From NCBI RefSeq assembly GCF_006345805.1, contig NC_043003.1, positions 105,586,001 to 105,650,000 of the forward strand: a DNA stretch of 64,000 nt, written 5' to 3'. A program made the position numbers and the translations under genes. How positions within the stretch are numbered: position 1 is the stretch's first letter; every line of letters begins with the position of its first letter. The DNA is from Octopus sinensis. Its lineage: Eukaryota. The notes beneath the pieces are model-generated. The model was not told where the DNA came from. It searched no databases and was given only the letters and a program-made list of their open reading frames with translations. Below are positions 1 through 11,944 of the stretch, piece by piece.

Positions 1-187
1 CGTAACTTAGTGGTTTGGCAAAAGAGATTGATAGAATAAGTACTAGGCTTACAAAAAATAAGTCCTGGGGTCGATTTGTTTGATTAAAGGCGGTGCTCCA
101 GCATGGCCACAGTCAAATGACTGAAACAAATAAAAGAATACATGGTGATCATGATCGTGGTAGTGACAGTGTGTATGTGTGTGTACG

Positions 188-267
<80 letters not shown>

Positions 268-270
<3 letters not shown>

Positions 271-497
271 CTTTATCGCCCACAGGGAGCTAAACATAAA
301 GGGAACAAACAAGGACAGACAAAGGGATTAAGTCGATTACATTGCCCCCAGTGTGTAACCAGTACTTATTTAATTGACCCCCAAAAGGATGAAAAGCAAA
401 GTCGACCTCGGCAGAATTTGAACTCCGAACGTAACAGCTGCCAAAATCCTGCTAAGCATTTTGCCTGGTGTTCTAATGACTCTGCCAGCTCGCCGCC
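268..497 (-). mobile_element. tRNA-derived SINE with a Nin-domain-like core (ggcggcgagctggcagaa head; ctttcatcctttcggggtcgataaattaagtacc body)
   Basis: A/B boxes; same family at 6237-6431 (12-bp TSD), 16677-16907, 26742-26955, 27761-28230, 38274-38503, 38969-39200, 54601-54830, 57316-57530 and 61424-61608 (14-bp TSD). Confidence 0.85.
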
Positions 498-509
498 CTT
501 ACATGTGTA

Positions 510-575
<66 letters not shown>

Positions 576-577
<2 letters not shown>

Positions 578-874
578 CATCATCATCGTTTAACATCCAC
601 TTTCCATGCTAGCATGGGTTGGACGGTTCGACCGGGGTCTGGGAATCCAGGAGGCTGCACCAGGCTCCAGTCTGATCTGGCAGTGTTTCTACAGCTGGAT
701 GCCCTTCCTAACGCCAACCACTCCGTGAGTGTAGTGTGTGCTTTTTACGTGCCAGGGGAGTCTGGCATCGGCCACGATCGGTTGGTGCTTTTTACGTGCC
801 ACCGGCACAGAAGCCAGTCAAGGCGGTGCTGGCATTGGCCACATTCGGATGGTGCTTTTTACGTGCCACCAGCA
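576..874 (-). mobile_element. 3' end fragment of the RTE family seen at 55.2-56.4 kb
   Basis: catcatcgtttaac..ccatgctagcatgg..ggatgcccttcctaacgccaaccac shared with the 55.2-kb copy. Confidence 0.85.
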
Positions 875-883
875 CAGATATAT

Positions 884-928
<45 letters not shown>

Positions 929-1067
929 GCAGATGCAAAGTATGGTTCACAGGTGATCTAAACAATTAAGTATGTTAGGTCAGTGCTGTAATGGATTACT
1001 GGGGCTCCTAGGCTATAGCTGAGATGGTAGTTATGGACCCATTGCAGATTTCTGATGCAGTGGATAC

Positions 1068-1222
1068 ATAATTGTTAAAGAGGACATCAAATATTAAGGC
1101 AAGGCGAACATCTCAAGTCATACACAATATTATTACAGGAAGAAATTCTCTGTGTAACGATATTGTATATGACTGGAGATGTTTGCCTTGCCTTAATGTC
1201 TGTTGTCCTCTTTAGCAATTAT
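1068..1222. repeat. Fold-back inverted repeat, 70-bp arms
   Basis: 1068-1137 vs 1153-1222, 9 mismatches, 15-nt spacer. Confidence 0.85.
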
Positions 1223-1511
1223 CTATCTATCTATGTATATATCTATCTATCTATCTATTTATATAAATATTTATAAAATTTTGAATAGAAAGCAATTTTA
1301 ATAATGTAAACATCAGTTGCACACACATAAATCATGTGTGTCATTTCTATGCCAGTTTTCTGCTGAATAGCATCCCAGGATAACCCTGTACATAGGATAT
1401 TCAGTGTCCTTTAATATGCAGCAGCCTGTAGGGAGCTTTCCCCAGATGCTATTCTGCAGAGAATTGGCATAGAAACAAAACACATACACTATAAATGTGC
1501 AACCAATATTA

Positions 1512-1900
1512 TCATCATCATCATCATCATCGTTTAACGTCTGTATCCCATGCTGGCATGGGTTAGGCGGTTTGACTGGGAACAGGCAAGCCAGGAGGCC
1601 GCACCAGGCTCCAATTTGATCTGGCAAGGTTTCTACAGCGAGATGCCCTTTCTAATGCCAACCACTCCAAGAGTGTAGTGAGTGCATTTTACAAGCTACT
1701 GGCAGGGGAGCCATTCAGGGCGAGGGGGCTGGCATCAAACATGTTTGGATGGTACTTTTTACATGCTACCTGTACGGGGAGCCAGTCAGGTGGCACTGGC
1801 AACGACCCATGCATGAATGGTGCTTATTGCATGCCACCAGCAAGGGAGCCAGTCAGGTGGCACTGGCATCAGCCACAACTACAATTTCCGTTTGATTTTG
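1512..1900 (-). mobile_element. RTE 3' end fragment
   Basis: Same 3'UTR and tail motifs, diverged. Confidence 0.8.
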
Positions 1901-2333
1901 AATATATATAACAAATATACAAACTTATCCACGTATAACATCATCTTACATCTGCTTTTCATGTTGTCATGGGTTGGACAGATGAACAGTATCTGAAGGG
2001 TTGATGGACCACATTGTTGCACCTAAATCAGCTTTGATATGGTTTTTACACCTGAATGCTCTTCCTAATTCCAGCCCTTTCACAGAGTAGTTGTTAGTGG
2101 GGGGGGGGGAGTGTTCAAGAAGATGAATGAAATAAGTGATTAGAGAAAGAGGCTGAAGTGTAAGGGATGTGGCTGTGTGGTCAAGAAGCTTGCTGCCCAA
2201 CGTGCTATGAGGTCCCACTGTGTGGCACCTTGGACATATGTCTCTTACTATAGTCCTGGGCTGACCAAAGATTTGTAAGTGGTTTTTCGTTGATAGAAAT
2301 TGAAAGAAACCTGTTGTATGTATGTATATATCA

Positions 2334-2529
2334 GCATCATCATCATCGTCGTTTAACGTCCGTTTTCCATGCTGGCATGGGTTGGACGGTTCGACCGGGG
2401 TCTGGGAAGCCAGGAGGCTGCACCAGGCTCCAATCTGATCTGGCATAGTTTCTACAGCTGGATGCCCTTCCTAACGCCAACCACTCTGAGAGTGTAGTGG
2501 GTGCTTGTAACCGGCACAGGAGCCAGTCA
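2334..2529 (-). mobile_element. RTE 3' end fragment
   Basis: Same 3'UTR and tail motifs. Confidence 0.85.
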
Positions 2530-3274
2530 GTTTGTGTGTGTGTATACCCCCCCCCCGTATATATAAAGATAAATTTCCAAATTTTCGTTGGTATGGATAT
2601 AGAATCCAAAAGGGTACCATAGTCGCATTTACCAGTTATTAATGCTGGCTAACCTCAGTGAGTGCATTAAAAACTCTAGTTAGTTTGATCTACTAACCTC
2701 AGACTTCACATTAGTAAAGCCGTGTGCCTCTATAGAGGCTGCACGTGAGCCATTCTAGGCTGTAGTCTGTTTTGGTTTCTATGATTGGATGACCTTCCTA
2801 ATGCTAACTACATTACAAAGTGTACTGGGTGTCTTACATATCATATATATATTTCTTTATTGCCCACAAGGGGCTAAACATAGGGGTCGATGTAATCGAC
2901 TTAATCCGTTTGTCTGTCCTTGTTTGTCCCCTCTGTGTTTAGCTCTTTCATTCTGCAGATGAAAAACAAGACCAGCCAAAGGATGGCTGAACTCTGTGGG
3001 GTCAACAACCATCGTGTAGCTGGGAGCGAGAGCCACCATGTCTTTATTTAGACCCCTCACTAGGAGAAGGAAATTCTGAAATATCAGCTGCTTCATTTCG
3101 ACCCTGGAGATCTTGCTTTTGTTTCTGGACTGTTTAGCTTTTGTGTTGTTGAGCAAGATGTCATTAACTTGAAAGTTTAGCATAGGCATTGTTCACATCC
3201 ATTGTCTTTAACGTCTTGGAATCATTTATCAATGATAGTTACACTAATCTACAAGTTGACAATTGCCATATATA

Positions 3275-3692
3275 TCATCATCATCATCATCGTTTAATGT
3301 TCGTTTTCCGTGCTAGCATGGGTTGGACGGTTCAACCAGGGTCTGGGAAGCCAGGAGGCTGCACCAGGCTCCAGTCTGATCTGGCAGTGTTTCTACAGCT
3401 GGATGCTCTTCCTAACGCCAACCACTTCGTGAGTGTAGTGGGTGTTTTTTTACGTGCCACCGGCACAGGGGCCAGAGAAGGCTGGCAAACAGCCACGATC
3501 AGTTGGTCCTTTTTATGTGCCACCAGCATGGACGCCAGTCGAGGTGGCGCTGTCATCAGCCACATTCGGATGGTGTTTTTTACTTGCCACCGGTATGGGT
3601 ATCACAACTACAATTTCCATTTGATTTTTATTTTGATGTTGACGTACTTGTTTCAATAGGTCTCTTCAAGCACAGCAGGCCACCCTACGATC
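3275..3692 (-). mobile_element. RTE 3' end fragment
   Basis: Same 3'UTR and tail motifs. Confidence 0.85.
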
Positions 3693-3710
3693 CATATATA
3701 TATATATATA

Positions 3711-4262
3711 ATAGAAATATCAAAATTACTAAGTCTCTTTAAAAGAGATTACGGCAGCGTTTACTGGAAATTCATTGTTATCGCCATATTAATATGGCAT
3801 TCTTATAGATATAAGAATAATCGCTGCCACTGGTCAGCTCCATGAGGCCATCGCCATCAAGATAGCTATTGATACACGATCTGTATCCATTATAACCTTC
3901 GAACAAGGGAGGTCAGCCGCTTCACACTGCAAGTCCGACAGCTACAAACACGTTTCGGGGTATTGCCCCTTGTCAATGTAGCGCAGAGAGACCCGCAGGT
4001 GTCGCCACTGACGTCTCTGTTTGACGGTTTCTATTTACCTAGTTTCAGTGGAATACATCCACTTGTTTTCAATAATAGAAATATTAAAATTACTAAGTCT
4101 GGCAGTGTGAAGCGGCTGACCTCCCTTGTTCGAAGGTTATAATGGATACAGATCGTGTATCAATAGCTATCTTGATGGCGATGGCCTCATGGAGCTGACC
4201 AGCGGCAGCGATTATTCTTATATCTATAAGAATGCCATATTAATATGGCGATAACAATGAAT
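3711..4262 (-). mobile_element. Penelope-like element pseudo-LTR with an inverted partial copy
   Basis: 26-bp direct repeat at 3711-3736 and 4075-4100; 161-bp inverted arms at 3770-3930 and 4102-4262 (1 mismatch); hammerhead in between; next to (TA)n. Confidence 0.7.
3941..3982 (-). ncRNA. Minimal type-I hammerhead ribozyme motif, U3-A8 core variant
   Basis: GCUACA UUGACAA GGGG CAAUA CCCC GAA ACGUGU U UGUAGC: 6-bp stem I, 4-bp stem II, near-palindromic stem III. Confidence 0.75.
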
Positions 4263-5290
4263 GGGCTCATAACAAACACCATCCGATCGTGGCCGTTCGC
4301 CAGCCTCATCTGGCACCTGTGTCGGTGGCACATAAAAACACCATCCGAAGACCCGGCAAGACTAGTCAGGCCATAACCCGTGGCCTCTACCTGGGACGTA
4401 GTCAGTCCACCTGTGCATACCTTCCTTCTTGTGACACTTGTGAAGACCTGTTGAGACAAGTGATCAAATCAAATCAAATCAAATCAAAATAGATGAACAT
4501 CAATGGAATTTGTATCTTTGTGGTACCAGTGCCGGTGGCACACAAGAAAACCATCCGAACGTGGCCGTAGCCAGTACCGCATCGACTGGCCTCCGTGCTG
4601 TGGGCACGTAACAAACACCATCCATCTGACACCTATGTCAGAGGCACATAAAAACATCATCCGAAGACCCAGCAAGACTAGTCAGGCCATAACCTGTGGC
4701 CCCTACCTGGGACGTTGTCAGTTCACCTGTGCATACCTTCCTTCCTTCTTGTGACACTTGTGAAGACCTGTTGAGGCAAGTGAAAATCAAATCAAAACAA
4801 ATCAAAATAGATGAACATCAATGGAATTTGTATCTTTGTGGTACCAGTGCCGGTGGCACACAAGAAAACCATCCGAACGTGGCCGTAGCCAGTACCGCAT
4901 CGACTGGCCTTCGTGCTGTGGGCACGTAAGAAACACCATCCGATCGTGGCCGTTCGTCAGCCTCGTCTGGCACCTGTGTCGGTGGCACATAAAAACACCA
5001 TCCGAGCGTGGCCGTTCGCCAGCCTCGTCTGGCACCTGTGTCGGTGGCACATAAAAACACCATCCGAGCGTGGCCGTTCGCCAGCCTCGTCTGGCACCTG
5101 TGTCGGTGGCACATAAAATCACCCACTACACTCTCGGAGTGGTTGGCGTTAGGAAGGGCATCCAGCTGTAGAAACACTGCCAGATCTGACTGGCCTGGTG
5201 CAGCCTTCGGGCTCCCCAGACCCCAGTTGAACCATCCAACCCATGCTAGCATGGAAAGCGGACGTTAAATGATGATGATGATGATGATGA
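4263..5290 (+). mobile_element. Rearranged, internally duplicated RTE 3' region
   Basis: Near-identical to the reverse complement of 55180-55790, with a 316-bp repeated block. Confidence 0.9.
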
Positions 5291-5530
5291 TATATATATA
5301 TAAAATGAGATAGGGGTTGTAAATTCAACCCTAGCTGTCAGTTATAATGTAAATGTATTTTTATATCTTGTTATATTTATTTAGTTATATCTCACCATAT
5401 TGATTGTAATTATTGTACTGTATTAATGTCTAATCTCATTGCTATTGTGTAGTGTTTTAATAAAGTATATGATTCGGTATTATCTGATAGTTGATGATTG
5501 ATTTAGATATATTTCTCCATTTTCTCATTT

Positions 5531-5601
<71 letters not shown>

Positions 5602-7064
5602 TATGAAGTTGTGTGTACACACACACATACAATTAATGCATGCAATGAGATGAATGGTAAGTTGGATGAATGGATGAGAGAAGCTGTTGTTTTTGATTTA
5701 TCATTCATTTATTGGTTTGTCACTCATGTGGCATGACCATCCAATGAAGAACAAGTCAAAGACAGAAAGTTCCTTTTCTGCAGTGGTTTTCTTGGACAGG
5801 TTCTGTAGCTATGTGTGTTCACAGTGAAAGGAAACTATTTCTGTGGAAGTGGTAAATGTATAAATGCTGAAGTTATAGCAAGAGAATGAAAAGCAAAGGG
5901 AGTGGTGATGATGTGAGAAAAAGGAGGATGAGTGGGTGAAAGGAACATGGCAGTGAAGATAGAAACAGAGTGATTGAGGTGAGTGGTGATAGTGGAGTGA
6001 TAGCAATAGTAATAGGGTGGTCAATGGTAAGAGAAGGTGTGAGATGTGAATAATGAATGGTCCAAGGAGAGAGAGAGTCTATCATTGCTCTTTTTGGTGT
6101 TACAAAAACGGTGATGGTAGAATCTATTGGCTGCAAACAAGATTGTATCTGCAATCATTTATACATTGGCATCATGATGAGTAACATGAGTGATAAGGAT
6201 GATGGATGGTAATTGAATATGGGTAGATTTAATATTTATTTCTTTACTACCCACAAGGGGCTAAACATAGAGGGGACAAACAAGGACAGACATAGGTATT
6301 AAGTCGATTACATCGACCCCGAAAGGATGAAAGGCAAAGTTGACCTCGGTGGAATTTGAACTCAGAACGTAACGGCAGACGAAATATGACCACGCATTTC
6401 GCCCGGCGTGCTAACAATTCTGCCAGCTCGCAGATTTAATATTGTCTCTGGTTACACAGGTAATATGTTACAGTGAGTAGAGGAGAGGGTGAGAAAGATG
6501 AAAAGCTGCAGACACATTGAATACCACCCCAAATGACACACAGACACTGCGGTGGGAGCTATGCACTGCCATCTTAAGTTACACACATACACAGACACTC
6601 ATGCATATATACACATATCCACACCAGTGGATATATTTGTAATTTATGGTGGGAAATTATGAAAAGATAGGTTGAAAATACTCACGAAGGTTTGTCTTTC
6701 CTACAGGTGACTGCTCAGCCATGCTGTATAACCTGTTTTGTTATGCAAAGTATTGTGATATCAGCCTATTGAGAAAATATATATCAAAGTTTTGCAACCT
6801 GAGTTCCCAGCTATTGTCCCTTGTAACTGAAATACTAACACATTTAATGTTAGTCTTTCAAATCATTGACCTAAATGAAACCAATACAATATTTGTGGAT
6901 GTCAATGATACATTGAACCAGATTTTTGTCACTTTTATGTCTACCATCTTTTTTTCTCATGCAAGCCGAAGTTGAATGACATTTATTGAGATAAAATTCT
7001 GAAGCTAGATGTCCTTCCCTGTGCCAAAATGTTTTTAAAACACCAACGAGGAAGCCTTTACGTG

Positions 7065-7400
7065 GTCATTCAGACTGTTATCAAAAGCAGCCAAGCGTCA
7101 TCCAACCAAAATGCAAATATATGGGAAACGACCACCTGTGTCATCTCTTGTGAAAGGTAGAAGAGTCCAGTTTGCTGGACATTGTTGTAGAGCTGAAAAC
7201 GAAGCAATTTCTTCTCTTCTGCTCTGGAAGCCATTAACTCGTGATACCAGAGGGCGCACACTCTCCTACCCTGATGTAATCTCCAGGGATACAGGCATCC
7301 AGCAACAGGACCTCCGTAATACCATGATGGACCGTGAAGTCTGGCATAGCATGGTAAATTCCATTGTCTCGACCACGGTCGAACAATGATGATGATGATA
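7065..7400 (+). mobile_element. 3' fragment of a second RTE-type LINE family
   Basis: RRVQFAGHCCR..LLLWKP..RGRTLSYPDVISRDTG..MMDREVW, then (GAT)n tail. Confidence 0.85.
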
Positions 7401-7848
7401 TTTAATAAAATAGCACACATTAAATAGTGTAGTAACTGATTACTAAGGAAAGAAGATGGGATGGCCATGGTTAGAATGCCTTTAATCATAGATTTGCTTA
7501 ATTATTTCTAACCTTGGGGATAAACATACATACACAGTCTATTCTCTAAGTAAAGAAGCATGTAACCCTAAACTTGATGGATTTCTGACACACACACACA
7601 TATACATGCTTGCACACAGATTCATATATACATACAAACACATTTATATATGCATACACATTCATACATGCTCATATACACATTTATTATAGTTATGATG
7701 AAATATAATGCACTCGTGGCTGGCAACTGAAGAATTCTGATTTCAACTAGAAAGGGAATAACAGAAAATTGGTACAGATAAAAAAACAAACAAACATTTC
7801 TTTGCAAAAGGGAACAATGTTGGAACTTGTATAGTTTATTGTTAAGAC

Positions 7849-7887
<39 letters not shown>

Positions 7888-8554
7888 ACAGCTATATGTG
7901 TTTATGTGGAGATACATGGCTTAGTGGTTAGGGTGCATATACATTCACAACTGGACAGGTCACCAGTTGACACAGCAGCACCAAAACATCTCATATCTAC
8001 AAGATATGTAGCAGCCTGTCAGTGCTGGTGCCACGTAAAAAGCACCCAGTAGTGGTTGGCATCAGGAAGGGCATCCAGTTTTGTTTTCCTTCTCGAGCCA
8101 TGCCTAGCTCATAAGGGCCTGTTTCCCGGTTTCCTTGGCGTATAGGTTCCCCACCTTGATGGGATGCCGGTCCGTCGCAGGTGAGCTGCAAGATGCAGGA
8201 GGAAAGAGTGAGAGAAAGTTGTGGTCAAAGAGTCAGCAGAAGTTCGCCATTACCTTCTGCCAGAGCCGCGTGGAGCTTAGGTGTTTCGCTCATACCACTA
8301 GGCCATGTGCTTCTACCAAGGGCATCCAACTACAGAAACCATGCCAAAACAGACAATTGGGACCTGGTGCAGCTCCCCAGCTTACCAGCTTGAGCTAAAC
8401 TGTCCAACCCATACCAGTAGGAAAACAGACATTAAATGATGGTGATGGTGGTGGTAGTGGTGGTGGTGGTGATGACATACTTGTTTTATTTATGTTATTG
8501 CTCCATTTCAGATACACACTGCATACCAAAGTATTGTATACAAGGCTATAAAAG

Positions 8555-8598
8555 ATGGCTCTCCCTTTTATTTTTCTAATTATTATATTAGTAAACAG
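8555..8598 (+). CDS. Coding exon 1 of a predicted secreted/GPI-anchored Cys-rich protein (MALPFIFLIIILVN-R, signal peptide)
   Basis: Acceptor ccatttcAG at 8510-8511, ATG in aaaagATGG context, hydrophobic stretch, GT donor at 8599. The phase-2 end fits the next exon. Confidence 0.6.
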
Positions 8599-8655
8599 GT
8601 TTTAGTTCACCAATTCTGTAAAAGTACTCAGCTGTGTTCCCTAATTTCTCTTTAA

Positions 8656-8815
8656 CCCTTTTCTTACCAGATTTCTGTTGAGATACACTGTTTTTTGTTT
8701 CAGTTAATTTTTATGGAACGTTTTAATTAAACCATTCCATAAAAATTCCAAGTCAATTTCTGTCCCAAAAAAACAGCTTAATATATGACAAAAGTATTTT
8801 ACTAAATCTTGATTA
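8656..8815 (+). mobile_element. Partial piggyBac-type MITE end
   Basis: TTAA-CCCTTT start, similar to the outer element at 29583. Confidence 0.5.
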
Positions 8816-8834
8816 TTTTTGACATCTCAAAAAT

Positions 8835-9546
8835 GTCAAGCACCAAAGACAGTGGGTAGGGAAAGGAGAAACACCGGCGCTTCAGGCTAAAAAAGGCCTT
8901 CACCCACGTAAGGTGTTGTTATCTGTTTGGTGGGATATGAAAGGTTTAATCCACTTTGAACTTTTAAACCCAAACCAATTGATAAATTCTTCTAGTCGGC
9001 GCTAGAAGAAAAACGACCATCTTTGGTTTAACCCTTTAGCATTTAAACCGGCCATAACCGACCAAAAATATTCTGTTTTTTGCCTGTTTTATGTTCAAAC
9101 TGGCCAGATCTGGTCTCTCACACCAACCCTACAATATCGTTTTAAAAAAATTAACAGCTACCTCATCAAAATCTCATAGCTACAAGATAATGCATGATTA
9201 GTTCAAAACAATGTGGATAAAGAAGCATTCATTTTGGCAGAATAATGCGAACACTAAAGGGTTAAAGACGAAAGGTGTTCTTCCATCAGGATAATGCTTG
9301 GCCACATACAGCAAGGATGACATTCCAAAGGCTGGAGCAGTTTGAATGGGAAACCATGCCCCACCCACCATATTCACCAGACATTGCCCCATCTGATTAT
9401 CATTTGTTCCACAGTTTTCAAAATAATTAGAACGGAAAAAAATACGAATTCTGTAGAACAGTACTGGGGGAGTATTTTTTGTGACTGACAAGTGAATTTT
9501 GGAAGAGGAGCCTTGCAAGTCTACCAGATAGGTGGAAGAGCATTGT
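8835..9546 (+). mobile_element. Degenerate mariner transposase fragment interrupted by a MITE
   Basis: GLHPRKVLLSVWWDMKG and FFHQDNAWPH..HPPYSPDIAPSDYHLF motifs. Confidence 0.9.
9032..9261 (+). mobile_element. piggyBac-type MITE, 230 bp
   Basis: TTAA TSD at 9028-9031 and 9262-9265; CCCTTTAG/CTAAAGGG termini. Confidence 0.9.
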
Positions 9547-9835
9547 ATAAAAAAACTGCATTATTTATGGGATGACCAATACGCCCACACACGTATCTTC
9601 TCTTTTCCACATGCCCATCCCTCCCTCACGAGCTTTCTCTTTTGCTCGCTTCGTCTCCATCTATCTATGACCCCTGCCTCCATCATGAGTGCTCTTCCTT
9701 AACAACCCTTATCCACTTGTGGCCTTCCTATAGATCTTCAAATACTCGTTTCCACGTTTATTTCTGTTCTGCTGAACGTTTTCCTATGTCTCTTTTCTCC
9801 TGTTGATAGACTTCATAACTCTCCAACGCTGCTGT

Positions 9836-10136
9836 GGGTACTACTAGCGAACAGTGGTCCCGGTGTGCACACTCACGCATCCGCGCTAGCTAGTCGTAAA
9901 TAGTCGATCCTACAACGACTTTTTAACCCTAACCCTAACCTTAGTTTGTTTATAAAAATACTTTATTTACTTAGTTTAAAAAATTATTTACTTTGTTTGA
10001 AAAATATTATTTAATTTTCTTTGATATGTATTCAGCCTTGAAATACAAACATACACGCAAGTCGTTGTAGGATCGACTACTTACGACTAGCTTGCGCGGA
10101 TGCGCGCACCGGGACCACTGTTCGCTAGTAGTACCC
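9836..10136. mobile_element. MITE-like element with ~80-bp TIRs and internal TAACCC repeats
   Basis: GGGTACTACTAGCGAACAGTGGTCCCGG.. at 9836-9921 is inverted at 10059-10136; taaccctaaccctaacc at 9924-9940. Confidence 0.8.
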
Positions 10137-11879
10137 TGCCATGTATTCCCACACGTTGATTTATACTTCTTACACACCTCACACACACACACATCTCCAT
10201 TTTTAGACACAATAACAACCAACCCCCACATAAACGTAGTCTGGCACTTGTTCATCGACGAGCTGCTCTATCAATTATTCAACAACCCATCCACAGATCT
10301 TTATACATTAACACGCATCGGTATACATTTATGCATTCGTGCGGGCATACCTGTATTCAGAAGTATAAAACTAGATTTGAATTGCAGTATTTTATTTATC
10401 AACACAATTTTTTTTTTTCAAAAGGTCAGAAATGAAGGACATTATCGTTTATTACCTTATTGGTTGATCGATTTTAATAAAAAAAAAAAGTAACAAAAAG
10501 ACTTAAAATGAACAGCAAAAATAATTTCTACCTCGTTTTATAATTTTGGATGTTAGCAGTGTTGACGCAGTGTGACTGTTGCCAGTGGCTGTTGGCAAAT
10601 ATTCAATGAAAATTCAATGCTAACTCTCACAAGTGGGGGTGGGGAATTTTCCAGTTAACTGGAGAATTAAGCTATATTTTGTCGTTTATCTTGCTAGTTT
10701 AAAAATAGACAGCCACACCCAATTATATAAGCTTTTTCGCTGCCCAGCTCTACAAGTAAATTTTGCTTTTGTATTGCACCAGAAAGCAAAGGACAAATAT
10801 GCAGCAGTTTTAATGAAGACACAGACATTCAATATAAAAAAAAAGGAAGAGAGAGAAAAAATCAAATTGAGATGAAAGTCAGTGGGATTGAAGCGTTGTG
10901 AATGGGGGGGGGGGGGGGGTATATTGTTGTCTTTTAGTGAGAGACATCAGGGGAGTGACAGTAAGTTTTGGTGAGGTGGTGGGGCATTACAGATTGCTGA
11001 TATTAATGTAAGTGATGACTAATTTGAATTTGTACAGGTTGGTGTTTATTGACAGGTAGGGATTCCAGAGAGTTACAGGTGTAAGAAGGACAGATTGGGA
11101 AAATGTCTAGTGCAGAGTGGGATGAGGCATGAGGAAACCTGGATGATGAGAGGAAAAGAGGAAGGTATATTGGGTGGGCTTGGGTGGAGATAACCAGCTT
11201 GTTAGGTCAGAGAATCAGAAGCTGCTACAGCAGAGGTGGGAGATAGTAAGGGTGGAAGATGGCAGGGCTCTTCTGTATGTCAGGGATAAAAATGAAACTT
11301 TACCAATCAAATAACCTTATAGATGCAGACTCGTTAGTGTATGTAGCAGCAACATCATTCCATGTATGTAAGCCACGCCCAGTGTGTCATTTGCCTAGTT
11401 ATGGGGTGGGAGCCCATGGAGAGTGACCCACCATGGACAGTATTTTTTGTGGGGTGACACTTTATACATATATTGAATTTTAAATAGGATAGAAACAGCA
11501 ATGGCATGGGGCACTTCAGGTGGCACATATGCTGGTGACATCATTGATGTGTATTACATTTTGCGGTTTGTAGAGGTTCTACAAATGACTGGGTCTGAAA
11601 TAATTTCTTGGCTTTAGTCTGAGATGCAACTTTGGCAATGTCACTTAATACTTCAAGGGGAGACACCAAAAATCCTGGTCAATTTTTAATGTCACTGTTG
11701 CAAGTTGTTGATAAACTGGTCCTCTTTGATGGACCTATTTATAACCAGGTGAACTGGGCAGTTGAAAGAGCTAGGAGACTCTATGATGAACGACCCAACA
11801 TTAATTACAAGATACAAACTAGCAGGTGTCCACTACCAAACTGATTTGGCCCTCAACTGATATTATCATGTGTGTGCAT

Positions 11880-11944
11880 TCAGTTTCTCAAATCACTCAT
11901 CAGTTTCTCAAATCACTCATCAGTTTCTCAAATCACTCATCAGT
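11880..11944. repeat. 20-bp tandem repeat x3
   Basis: (tcagtttctcaaatcactca)3, exact. Confidence 0.95.

Noticed and set aside
4938-5120. Direct repeats of ~61 bp resembling a CRISPR array
   Set aside because: Units are contiguous with no unique spacers, lie in a LINE 3'UTR, and the context is eukaryotic
6707-6749. Possible upstream exon (ctacAG..GCAAA|GTATTG) with an ATG
   Set aside because: Its ATG frame stops in the next exon; it could be a 5'UTR exon but cannot be supported from sequence alone
11632-11844. 70-aa ORF
   Set aside because: No motif, splice context or homology that I can recognise
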